NCBI GenBank assembly: GCA_002104945.1
Contig: MCFH01000090.1
Span: 1 to 64,000 of the forward strand
Length of the DNA stretch: 64,000 nt
Direction of reading: 5' to 3'
From: Piromyces finnis finn
Taxonomy: Eukaryota > Fungi > Neocallimastigomycota
In this document: piece by piece, positions 42,272 to 54,538 of the stretch
Numbering within the stretch: position 1 is the stretch's first letter
Layout: the number at the start of each line of letters is the position of its first letter
Notes under the pieces: model-generated
What the model was told of the DNA's origin: nothing
Databases searched by the model: none
Seen by the model: the letters and a program-made list of their open reading frames with translations, nothing else
Program-made: the position numbers and the translations under genes

Positions 42272-44878
42272 TATAAATAATTATTTAACATCATTTAGAT
42301 TATTAGAAATAAATTACTTATAAAGGAAAGAAAAAAAGCATTTAATTACAGGATGTGAAAAAGTATAAATAATCGTAGTAAGATTGAGAGTTATAAATTA
42401 ATATAGAAGTAACTATTTCAATAGCTGTTAATTAAATGCTAAAAAAAATTAAATATAATTTTAATTAATTTTATGATGACTAAAAATCTACTAAAATCAA
42501 ATTAAGAAATGTATATTTATTTTTTTTTAAAATGTTTATAATAATAGTATCATTAAAATCTAAAATATTTAATATTAATAATTGAAAATGATTTAGTTCA
42601 TTAATAACATTAATATTTTGATCTTTTCTTCTTTTAAGATCTTGACTCAAAAAGGAGACAGTACAAAATTTTGTCAAGTATTCTTCATTATCTTTACAAA
42701 AATAATAAATACTTAAATACTTTAGAGATATTTTCTTTCAATTTGTTCATTAAATATTTCGTAGTTGTGTAGTTGTGGAGTCATTTAAGTCATTATCAAC
42801 TTTTTTGATTTTTGATTCTTGGTGCATACATTTAACTCTTGTTACTTGTTATTGGTTAAGACAGGAGAGGAATAAGCATTGTTCTTGAAGTTATATTAAT
42901 GACATTATTGATATTTAAAATCGCAGGATGTAAATTAGTAAAATGGCCTCAAAATACTCGTTATAATATTTTGTATTAGAAGTAACTAATTTGGTAGCTG
43001 TTAATTTTAAATCTAAATAGTCATTTATGTTAATTTCTTTTATTTATTTTTTCTATGTCTTGATGAAGTGTTTTTTTTTTTTTTACTTGATATCATTTTT
43101 ATTATTAAAATATTAAATATTTAATAAATAAAAATAATACTATTATATATTATTTTAGAAACCTTTTTTAATCAATCTTAATACGCTCGATATTTTTTTC
43201 TTTTCATTTTTGAGACCGCTGAATTTTTAAAAAATATGAAAAAAAACCTTTCCTTTTATACCTTTTTTTCAAATATAAAATATTTTAATTATTATGTTTA
43301 TCATATATAATAAATAATAATAATTATAATATATAATATATTTATATTTTATTACTTTTTTTTATTCTACTTCAATCTTTAAAAATTAATATATTGCTTG
43401 ACATTTTATTTTTTAAATATACCACTTTGATATTTCTTTTACTATTTTTATTTTCTTTATCAGCAATATATATTTAAAATTTTAATTCACTACTAAAAAT
43501 TTTATGTGGTAAAGATAAATTTTTTGTGGTAAAAACTAAAAATAAAAAATTTTAATTAAAACTAAATAAATAATATTGAAATAATATTAAAATACTAAAA
43601 TACTAAAATAATAAAATAATAAAATAAAAACAAGAAATAATAATAATTATTAACCATTTATTAAAAATAAATAGTAGTTTAATTAAAAGTATTAAACTAC
43701 TGTTTTTAATTTATAGAATAAAAACAAAGAAATAGCAAATACATAATTAGAATGTTAAATGATAAATGTAAAACAATTTCTTAAAGGTTGAGGTGGAATA
43801 AAAAAAAGTAACATGATATTTATTAATTATTATTTATTATATATGATAAACATAATAATTAAAATATTTTATATTTGAAAAAAAAGGTATAAAAGGAAAG
43901 GTTTTTTTTCATATTTTTTAAAAATTCAGCGGTCTCAAAAATGAAAAGAAAAAAATATCGAGCGTATTAAGATTGATTAAAAAAGGTTTCTAAAATAATA
44001 TATAATAGTATTATTTTTATTTATTAAATATTTAATATTTTAATAATAAAAATGATATCAAGTAAAAAAAAAAAAAACACTTCATCAAGACATAGAAAAA
44101 ATAAATAAAAGAAATTAACATAAATGACTATTTAGATTTAAAATTAACAGCTACCAAATTAGTTACTTCTAATACAAAATATTATAACGAGTATTTTGAA
44201 GCCATTTTACTAATTTGCATCCTGCGATTTTAAATATCAATAATGTCACTAATATAATTTCAAGAACAATGCTTACTCCTCTCCTGTCTTAACCAATAAC
44301 AAGTAACAAGAGTTAAATGTATGCACCAAGAATCAAAAATCAAAAAAGTTGATAATGACTTAAATGACTCCACAACTACACAACTACGAAATATTTAATG
44401 AACAAATTGAAAGAAAATACCTCTAAAGTATTTAAGTATTTATTATTTTTGTAAAGATAATGAAGAATACTTGACAAAATTTTGTACTGTCTCCTTTTTG
44501 AGTCAAGATCTTAAAAGAAGAAAAGATCAAAATATTAATGTTATTAATGAACTAAATCATTTTCAATTATTAATATTAAATATTTATAGAATTTAATGAT
44601 ACTATTATTATAAACATTTTAAAAAAAAATAAATATACATTTCTTAATTTGATTTTAGTAGATTTTTAGTCATCATAAAATTAATTAAAATTATATTTAA
44701 TTTTTTTTAGCATTTAATTAACAGCTATTGAAATAGTTACTTCTATATTAATTTATAACCCTCAATCTTACTACGATTATTTATACTTTTTCACATCCTG
44801 TAATTAAATGTTTTTTTTTCTTTCCTTTATAAGTAATTTATTTCTAACAATCTAAATGATGTTGGATAATTATTTATA
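42272..44878. repeat. Large fold-back: ~1.05-kb inverted arms (~42272-43326 and ~43824-44878) around a ~500-bp AT-rich spacer; possible non-autonomous long-TIR DNA transposon
   Basis: For example TGAGACCGCTGAATTTTT (43211) vs AAAAATTCAGCGGTCTCA (43920). The arms match throughout with only scattered substitutions. Confidence 0.9.
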
Positions 44879-46181
44879 GGTACTTAAATAAATAAAAATG
44901 ACTAAAATAAATAAAATAATAAAAATAAAAATAATTATATAAATATAAAAGTATATTTGTAAAATTTTGTGTAATTTGTTATAAAACATATTATATATGT
45001 TAAATTAATAATAATATAAAACGAAAAAAATGTTATTTATTTATTTTATGCAATTAAGTTAATAATTAAATAAATAATTTACTATTTTTATAATAATTAT
45101 TACAAAGAGTAATTTTTATAAATTAAAAAGTTATATAATATTATAAAGTGTGAATCATATAATGTTTCATTTAATAAAAAATGGCAGTTAGTATCTTTTA
45201 AAATTTATTATGAGTGGTATTTATTTTTCTATTTATCAAGTATAATAAAAAACTCTTATAATTTTATTAAATTTTTTAATATATTTAAGATTCATATTAA
45301 TATTCTTATTCTCTAGTATCCTTTCTTACAGAAACTAATTTTTTAAGGTATAATTATTTATGTTATGTTATAAAATATTTTATTAATTATATATTTTTAT
45401 ATTCCATTATTAATGGTTTATTACATGGAAAATTCAAAGTTTATTTATATTTCCAAATGAATATGGAATAAAGTATATTAAACATATAATTTATTAATAA
45501 CCTAAATAATATCTAATAACCTTTAATCCGTTTTAAATAAATATTTCCATCAATTATTTCATTTCTTATTTTATGGAATATATTATAATATTATAATAGA
45601 TTTTATAAGTATACATAATAACATAAAAATAGAAAGTTTATATAAATTAACTTTACTATTAAAATAGCTAATTAATAAATTATATTTTATATATTATTTC
45701 ATATATACAGCAAGTTTCTATAATACTTTTAATAGAATCATAAACTATTTTGCGATAAAGGAGATCACTTTAAATATAACAAATATATAATTAAAATTTT
45801 TATTTGACGTTTTATTTATAATTCGTTGTATAAGAGCAAAAACATAAAAATTATCATCTAAAAAACATAGTAATATAAATTCCTTATTACAAAATTAAGG
45901 AACATATATTTTATTTTCTTTATATTCAACGAATCCTGGATTAAATTCATAACATAATAAATGTATCACAAAATCGAGTGTATTATACACTAACAAAGCA
46001 ATATAACAAATCACTTTCATTATTTCATGTTATGTTTTACAATAAAAAAAAAAAGAAATCCAAATCATTTGCAAAATAATATAGAAATAATATATTAATT
46101 GTTTTATTTCAGTAAATAAATACTTTAAAATAAAACTAAATTTTATCAAATGTCCTTTAAAAAGAAATAAATATTGTGAAG

Positions 46182-46463
<282 letters not shown>

Positions 46464-47527
46464 AAAATGGTATTATTTAATAAATAATCTATTTTAATAA
46501 TAAAGCGTGAATTATTTTACAACCAATAAAATTTCAATTTCCAATATGAAACATAAACTTTTTTTAATTAAAAATGTTGAAACTAAAAAAGAAATACAAA
46601 ATTCTTTTTCAAAATAAAATAAAATAAAAAAAAAAAAGAATAATAATAATTAAATAGAAAATTAAGCATCTTTTTAAAAATAAAAGTAGAAACAAATATG
46701 AATTTTCATTTTATTATATTTTTATTTTGTTTTAATATTGACAGTGAAAATTACTTTTTTTAAAAAAAAAAATCATTCTTGTTATAATTATATTAGAATA
46801 ATATTTATTAATAATAATATTTAATCATAATTTATTATTTTAATTAAATAAAATATTGCGGCAATTTCATATATTTAAAAAAAGAAAAGAAAAAAAATTT
46901 TTTTGAATAACTAAAATTCATCATATTTTTAATCATTTATAATCCTATATCATACCTTATTACATTTTGATTATATTTATAGAATCATTCCATACACTTT
47001 CTATTTTATTTATTATTCATAAATCCTAGAAAAAATGCATTATTTCTCAATTTTTAAACCTAAAAAAAATGCAATCTTTCTTTATGCGTTAAAGAAGATT
47101 TAAAAAAAATGACCGTTAAAAAATTTTTTTCGATTTATTATAATTATAATGAAATTCATTTTATCCAATAAATTTTATTCAATTATCTTACCAAATTTAT
47201 TGTAATATATATACCATTATATATTAAATTAAATTAAATTTTTGTTTTATTAATTTTTAATTAATTTTTAAATTAAAAAAAAAAAAAAGAAATTTGTTTT
47301 TAAAATGTAAAAAAGAAGAAAAAAAATTTTTTTTCTGTTCATGACTAGAAGCTATATTATTTTTTATTAACCACATTAACTACCTTTAAATATTTTTTTT
47401 TTCTTTTTATATCTATTAAATAAACACCTAAAAAAATATTTTTTTGTAATTGTATATAGAAAAATAGAAAAGAAAAAACCGGTTATAATAATAGAAAAAA
47501 AAACGTAACCTTTTTTAAAATATTAAA

Positions 47528-49677
47528 ATGAATATCAAGTGTAAGATTTTCATTCTAAGTTTGATATCTAAAATATATGCTGCCAAATTTTCTGTTATTT
47601 CCTTTAATGGAAATTGTCAGGTAAATGTTGGTGGTCAACTTTATGATATGGTTCAAGAAATACCAGACATTCCACTTTACACAGCACTTGTTGATGCTCC
47701 ACTTCAAACAACGTATATATTTTTTAACAATAGTTCTAATTAATAAGACAATTATAAGACCCTATAATTTTTAATAAAAACAAAATAGTTATATATTAAT
47801 TAACTACTATTATTTAAATATTATATATTTTAAAATATATTACATATAAATATATAATTTTACTTGTTATCTCTATTCTAATTATACAAAAAAAAAACAA
47901 AAAGGTATAATTATATTTGTGGAGGTGTTAATGATATTGAACGTGTTCTAATGGAAGAAAATACACATAATGAATTGGTTGGTCGTGCTACAACATTATA
48001 TGATATGCCAGAATTTGAATATTTCAATGAATCATGGAATAGATCTATTGGAAGAACCGAACTTTTTGATCCAGATTATATTCCAACAGTTATTGTAAAT
48101 ACAGATGAATACTATTTTGTTCAACCATCCACATCAGGAAAATTTGAAAGAATTACTTTTATTTTAAAGGATAATGTTTTTACTTTCAATGTAAATAATT
48201 AATATACATATATATAATACTTATAACAAAAAAAAATATTTAAGAAATGAATTTAATTTTATTTATATAACTATATAATAATATTCTATAGAATGTTCAT
48301 TTCAGTTCAAAAAATTTTGATCAAGATAAATTCCAATTTGAAGTTTTAGACTTACCAAACGGTGGTATTTATGGTAGAGATGATTTAAAATTCAGACCAA
48401 GTTCTTATGATCCTGTTTTCTTCCGTCAAATACTCTATGGTGATATTGCACATGCTATCGGTAATCCTGCTCATGAATCTGTTGCTGTTCGTGTATATTC
48501 AGGTGAAGGTACACCAATTGGTCTTTATGTTTTACAAGAAAATACAGCATCTGAAAGTTTTATTAAATCTGCCTTCTATGGTAACCCACAAACCGAACAA
48601 ATAAGTGAATTCCAATCTGGTACAGACATTTATGATTGTTCCACTGGTGCTGATTTTACAAATATTGATCTTGACCAATTAGGAGCATTCCAAAATATAA
48701 ATAATTCCGACGATTATAAAATTGATTTACAAGAATTAAATGATAAGCTTAATGCACTTGATGTTAACGATGAAGCTGCCATTAACGATTTTAATAAAAA
48801 TTTCTTTGATTTGGAAACGTTATTGAAAGCTCTTGCTCTTGAATACCTAGCAGCTCACTGGGATTCCTATTGGTTCCTTACTTCAAATTTTGTTGTCTTC
48901 CATCCACCAGAAGAAACCGAAGGTACCGAATATAATCATACCAAAATGAAATACTATTTCATTGATCAAGACTTTGACCAAACATGGGGTTCAAATATAC
49001 GAGAAGAACTAGATCCATACAATTATCCAATGAAACCTTACACAGAATATGTTGGAAAAGACAATGCTTACTGGAAATCTATAAATACAGATGAAGAATA
49101 CGATTGGGGAAGTCGTGTTCTTCTCAATAAATTCCTAGGTTGTGATGGTCATCCAAATTGTATTACAAAAAATTATTTTGAAAATTATTTAAAATCAATC
49201 GTTCAAACCATTTTTAATCCAACGGCAATGGAAAAAAAGGTGAATGGATATAAGGCTCGTTTAGCCGATGAAATTAAATGGGATTGTGGATTAGAACGTT
49301 TACATACCGGAACCTGTGCAGAGGATGGATGTGTATTATTTAAATTTACTTATGATGATTTTGAACGTGGTATTGTTGGTCCTACAGGACCTTTCATCTA
49401 TGGTATTTTAGATTGGACTAGAGCCATGGCAGAAAGTGTTTCTAGTAATTTAAACTTTAGTATTGATAATAATCAGAGTAACACTTTAACTGGATACGAT
49501 AATCCTGACACTACTAACCTAAATAACATTAGTGATATTAATAGTTCAAATAATGATGCTTCAAATATTCTTGGTTCAAATATAAATTTAGAAGATTATA
49601 GTGGTTCTATTATGACAGTAATAAATATTAAGATGTTAACTCTTTTTGCTATCTTAAGTTTCATTTTAATTGTATAA
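47528..49677 (+). CDS. cotH: CotH-family protein kinase (~618 aa) with signal peptide and GPI-like C-terminus; exons 47528-47712, 47905-48190, 48292-49677
   Basis: The spliced frame is open. Motifs LKFRPSSYDP, GLYVLQE, EYLAAHWDSYW, DQDFD. Terminal MLTLFAILSFILIV. Exons 1 and 2 (185 and 286 nt) are the same sizes as in the minus-strand paralog. Confidence 0.9.
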
Positions 49678-49683
49678 TTAGTA

Positions 49684-49724
<41 letters not shown>

Positions 49725-50507
49725 TAAATGAAAAAAGTATAAAAAGTAACTTTTTACTTTTTTTTTTTTATTTCAAAGTCATTATTTAATAATTATAATT
49801 TATAATGAATAATAATTTGTATATAGAAATAAAGCTTTTATCTTATATATAGAAAGGTATATAGAATTATTATTTATCAAAAAAAAAAAAATGTATAATA
49901 TTTGTTGTATTGTATATAATTATTGGAATAGTATTTTCTATTAAATATTATATAAATAATCTAATTATTATAATTTATTAAAAAAAAAAAAAAAACTATT
50001 TTTTTTTTTAATAATAAATTATCAAATTAATATTTAAACATAGTTTTATAAAAATAAATAAATATATAAAAAATAATATAAAAGATGCAATATATAATGA
50101 TAAAAATATAATATAAATTTGAGATTAAATAAGGATCAATATTGATGATGCTTGTCTGTCTTATTGTTTTCATTTTCTTAGTGTTGTTTTAAACTTATTA
50201 ACAATGGTTAATTACTAAATAAGACAAGTATTTTTATTAAAAAAATATGTTGGAATTTAAATCTTTCCGGTTTTTTATATTCCTTCCTTTATTAATATAC
50301 TTTTAGAACTCATTTTAGCATATGATATTTTTTTATTTTAATTCCTTGTGAATAAAGTACCAATATTTTAAAAGGTAATAACTTTAAATTTCTTACTTTT
50401 AAAATAAAATACTGGTTATTTTCGTTATTTTATTAAAATGTATGATAATGGATTTATTATTTCTGTCCAAAAAGAAAATTACTTTATATTATTATTAAAA
50501 AATATTG

Positions 50508-50510
<3 letters not shown>

Positions 50511-50581
<71 letters not shown>

Positions 50582-50612
50582 GTTTATTATTATTATTATT
50601 ATTATTATTATG

Positions 50613-50662
<50 letters not shown>

Positions 50663-50663
50663 G

Positions 50664-50698
<35 letters not shown>

Positions 50699-50699
50699 G

Positions 50700-50737
<38 letters not shown>

Positions 50738-50738
50738 G

Positions 50739-50785
<47 letters not shown>

Positions 50786-50838
50786 GTTTATTATTATTAT
50801 TATTATGTTTATTATTATTTTATGATTATTATGAATTA
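50511..50838. repeat. (TAT)n microsatellite periodically interrupted by GTT
   Basis: Runs of TAT separated by recurring ATGTTT junctions. Confidence 0.92.
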
Positions 50839-50871
50839 TTAAATAATATTATTTTTTTTTTATCTAATTAT

Positions 50872-53800
50872 TTAATAATATCTATCAAGTAATATAATAT
50901 GACCATTTTGTATTAGATAACTACCTAAATAGTCTATGGTATAATTTTGTCCATTATGGTTATCCCATAGATGATTCCCATTGTTAAATACAAAGGATAA
51001 AGGTTTTGTCCAATCTTTTATTACTATTTTATGATAACCTTTACCAATGAAACTCATTTGAATGCCAGGATAATTCGTCCATTGATGATCCTTCACCTGA
51101 TGATAAATATAGGCTGGATTCCAACCTGAATAATAATAAATTGTGATATTAGGAAGGGATTGATTCACAGTTTGATCTTCATTTATAGTATTAGTTTCGA
51201 TCGTATTATTTTTATTCTCCTTATCAATACGATCCATATTATTTTCATAATGAATTATTTTCGCTAAACCATTAGAATTATAGTAACCATGAATGGCTAG
51301 ATTAAAACCAGGGCTTCCTGGTTCCAATGGAATTTGTTGGCCATCCTTATCATTAAATATAATAAATGACGCCTTATACTGATTTGGAATGGTTAAAGAA
51401 TATAGCGTATCATATACATAATTCATTTTTACACCAGGCCAAGGACTTATTTCTTTAATTTGGTTATTTTCTTGATGATAAATATATGCCATTATATCCG
51501 CACTATATTTCCATTGGTTTGGTTTTTCAAAGTATACTTTGATAGTTTGATTTTCGTTGTCTATATACTCTTGCAGTAGTTTTATCATTTCATGATACCG
51601 ATGATCTTTTTTCATTCTCAACCTTTCTAAAAAATAATTTATTCTGTTAAACCCATTTAAATCAACGTAGTGCTGACTCGCATACTCCATTAATAATTTA
51701 AGAATGGCATTATTATTACTTTGAATAGAAGCTTCAAATGGGGTGTTACCCATATAATTTTTTTGATCCAAAGGGATATTGATTTTATGTTTATCCGCAT
51801 ATTCCAGTAGTAATCGAACAATCGCTAAATGCTTATTTTCAATGGTCATTAAAAGAGGATTATTACCAAAATATATATCTTGTTCATTAAAAGTAATATT
51901 TAAACAATACTCGCTTGTATATTTAAATAATAAGTGAATAAACTGATAATCCTGTTGATATATTGCTATTGGTAATAAATAATTTCTAAAATAATTGTGT
52001 TCATTAATTATAGAATGATGTAATGAATCTATTGTGCTATGGCAATTCTCATTGACGTTACTTTTATTGTCTTCCTCCTCCAGACATTGTAATACGTGTT
52101 TAACAATACAATAATTAATTTTTTTAATGATATTTAAAACATCTTGATTCTCATTAATACTACAGTTATAAACGTCATTAATTTCGGGTAGCATTAAATC
52201 AATATGATACTCCAAAGCATATTCAACCAATAATTTAATGATTTCAGTACTATCATTATACGGAGAATTCATTGCTAATAGTATAGGAAAACTTTTAGAA
52301 ATATCTTTACATTGCCGATTTTGTTTGTTCACCATCAATAACTGTTGGCATTCACGAGAATAGGTAAATATCAATTTTATAATATCAATTTGATTATATT
52401 CAATTGCTTTTAAAAGTGGATAGTCACCATACGTATTAGATTCATTCACGGCAAGTGCAAGATGATGTTCATGAGCATACTGAATTAGTATTTTTGCTAT
52501 CTTAAAATTTTTATTCAATAGCGCTTTTAATAAAGGATAGTTACCCGTACCATCCTTTGCATTAAGATTAATATTTAAATGACGCTCACTAGCACAATTT
52601 AAAATCAATTTTATAATTTTTAAATTGTGATGGGATACAGCATTTAGTAGTGGGTAATCACCATCCTTATTTTGACCATTTATCATGATATGATAATTAT
52701 TTTTATTAGCATATTCAAAAAATAATTCTACCATTCCAACTTTGTTATAATCAGTGGCTACCAATAAAGGATAATTTCCCTTTAAATTTTGTTGATTTAA
52801 ATCTATAGGAATCTTGTTTTTTACCGAATACTTAAATAAGAGTTTAACAAGAAAATGTTTTTTAGGATTTGACACTGCCTCCAGTAAAGGATAATCCCCA
52901 TCCAAATTTTTCAAATTCAAATTTAAATTTAGTTTACAATAATGAGCATATTTAAATAAATGTTTCATGATGATTAGTTGATTGTTTTTAATGGCTTTGA
53001 GTAGTGGATAGTCACCATGTTTATTTTGTTTATTGATATTGATGTTTATATGATGTTCCTTGGCAAAATTTAGTAATAGGATAACAATGTCAACTTCATT
53101 TTGATCAATTGCCTTTATTAATACATAATTACCATATTTATCTTGTTTATTTAAATCTATATCCATAGGATAATGCTTAACATAATTTAATAAGACTTTA
53201 ACTATGCTAACACTATTATTAATAACTGCCATTAACATTGGGTATTTTCCATCATTATTGCTGGAATTTATATTTAATTCTATATGGTATTGGTGGGCGT
53301 AATCGCATAGTAATTGAACCATATTATAATTATTAGAAATTATTGCTGATAATAATGGAAAATCACCCTTTGAATTTTGTTCATTTATGTTCAGATAGAT
53401 ATTATGATCGATAGCATAATTCAATAGCCATTTTACAACCTCCAATTTATTACTTTCAATCGCGATTAAAAGCAAGGTATCACCTAATTGATTTTTTTGA
53501 TTTAATACTTCATTCATGGTATATCCTTCTTTTTCATATTGATTTAAGAGGTAATATATAATGTCCAAGTTTCCGGTAGAACAGGCAATGGTTAACAAAG
53601 AATCATCGGTGTTACTTTTTATATTTATTTTAGCATGATGATGAATTAAATTTTTAACTAGGGTTGCATTCCCATAATAACACGCAATCATTAACGGAGA
53701 ATAACTATTACTCATTTTTTTATTAACATTTGCACCATTATTAATAAATAAATCAACCATCTCATCGTATCTTTGTCGACATGCTATTATTAAGGGAGTA

Positions 53801-54378
53801 TCACCATCTTTCCCTTCCATATTAACATTCGCACCAAGATCTAATAAATATTTTACTATGGTTAAGTTTCCCTTTTTACATGCCGCAAGTAATAAAGTAT
53901 CACCTTTATTATTTTTCTTGTTTATATTTTCCTTAATTTTATATTTTTCTCTATAAATGATAGTGTTTAAGTTTTCATTTGATAATGGTATCCTGTTTCT
54001 ATAGCACAAAAGTATATTAATGATAATAAAATTATTATATAAATAATAATCTGTAATTATTTTGAAAAAATCTTCCCTATGATCTTGAATAAAACTCATC
54101 AATACCTCCAGAGAAATATCATAATGCCTATTTAAAAAATACTTTAGAATCTTTGAATCTAATAAATCCTTTTGATAGAGATATAAAACAATATCTTTAT
54201 TTAGGGTATCATGACAACTTAATATATCCAAAGCTTTTAAATTTTTAAATTTAATAGCTGCCTCATATATTTCTTTATTAAAATCAATAGCTTTTAAATT
54301 TTTTTGAATAAAACAACTTAAATTTAAAATATTTTTACTTTTAATAATATCTATTATTTCTTCATTCATATATACCAT
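50872..54378 (-). CDS. Ankyrin-repeat protein (1168 aa) with C-terminal CBM26-like and CBM25-like starch/glycogen-binding modules; no signal peptide
   Basis: Many G(D/N)(T/Y)PL..A....N..IV..L repeats. IKVYFEKP..W..AYIY..PWPGVKM..IIFND..QIP is CBM26-like. TIYYYSGW.PAYIY...WT..PGIQM...FVFNNG...WDN.NGQNY is CBM25-like. An upstream exon cannot be excluded. Confidence 0.85.
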   Translation of the reverse strand: MVYMNEEIIDIIKSKNILNLSCFIQKNLKAIDFNKEIYEAAIKFKNLKALDILSCHDTLNKDIVLYLYQKDLLDSKILKYFLNRHYDISLEVLMSFIQDHREDFFKIITDYYLYNNFIIINILLCYRNRIPLSNENLNTIIYREKYKIKENINKKNNKGDTLLLAACKKGNLTIVKYLLDLGANVNMEGKDGDTPLIIACRQRYDEMVDLFINNGANVNKKMSNSYSPLMIACYYGNATLVKNLIHHHAKINIKSNTDDSLLTIACSTGNLDIIYYLLNQYEKEGYTMNEVLNQKNQLGDTLLLIAIESNKLEVVKWLLNYAIDHNIYLNINEQNSKGDFPLLSAIISNNYNMVQLLCDYAHQYHIELNINSSNNDGKYPMLMAVINNSVSIVKVLLNYVKHYPMDIDLNKQDKYGNYVLIKAIDQNEVDIVILLLNFAKEHHINININKQNKHGDYPLLKAIKNNQLIIMKHLFKYAHYCKLNLNLNLKNLDGDYPLLEAVSNPKKHFLVKLLFKYSVKNKIPIDLNQQNLKGNYPLLVATDYNKVGMVELFFEYANKNNYHIMINGQNKDGDYPLLNAVSHHNLKIIKLILNCASERHLNINLNAKDGTGNYPLLKALLNKNFKIAKILIQYAHEHHLALAVNESNTYGDYPLLKAIEYNQIDIIKLIFTYSRECQQLLMVNKQNRQCKDISKSFPILLAMNSPYNDSTEIIKLLVEYALEYHIDLMLPEINDVYNCSINENQDVLNIIKKINYCIVKHVLQCLEEEDNKSNVNENCHSTIDSLHHSIINEHNYFRNYLLPIAIYQQDYQFIHLLFKYTSEYCLNITFNEQDIYFGNNPLLMTIENKHLAIVRLLLEYADKHKINIPLDQKNYMGNTPFEASIQSNNNAILKLLMEYASQHYVDLNGFNRINYFLERLRMKKDHRYHEMIKLLQEYIDNENQTIKVYFEKPNQWKYSADIMAYIYHQENNQIKEISPWPGVKMNYVYDTLYSLTIPNQYKASFIIFNDKDGQQIPLEPGSPGFNLAIHGYYNSNGLAKIIHYENNMDRIDKENKNNTIETNTINEDQTVNQSLPNITIYYYSGWNPAYIYHQVKDHQWTNYPGIQMSFIGKGYHKIVIKDWTKPLSFVFNNGNHLWDNHNGQNYTIDYLGSYLIQNGHIILLDRYY

Positions 54379-54505
54379 ATTCTTTTTCTCTTAACCTTCA
54401 TCATTATACCAGAAAAAATTGATGGTCCATCCCATTAATTTAATTTATTATTATATATATATTAATATTAATAGTTATAATTAAATATTTTTATATTAAT
54501 TTTTT

Positions 54506-54538
<33 letters not shown>

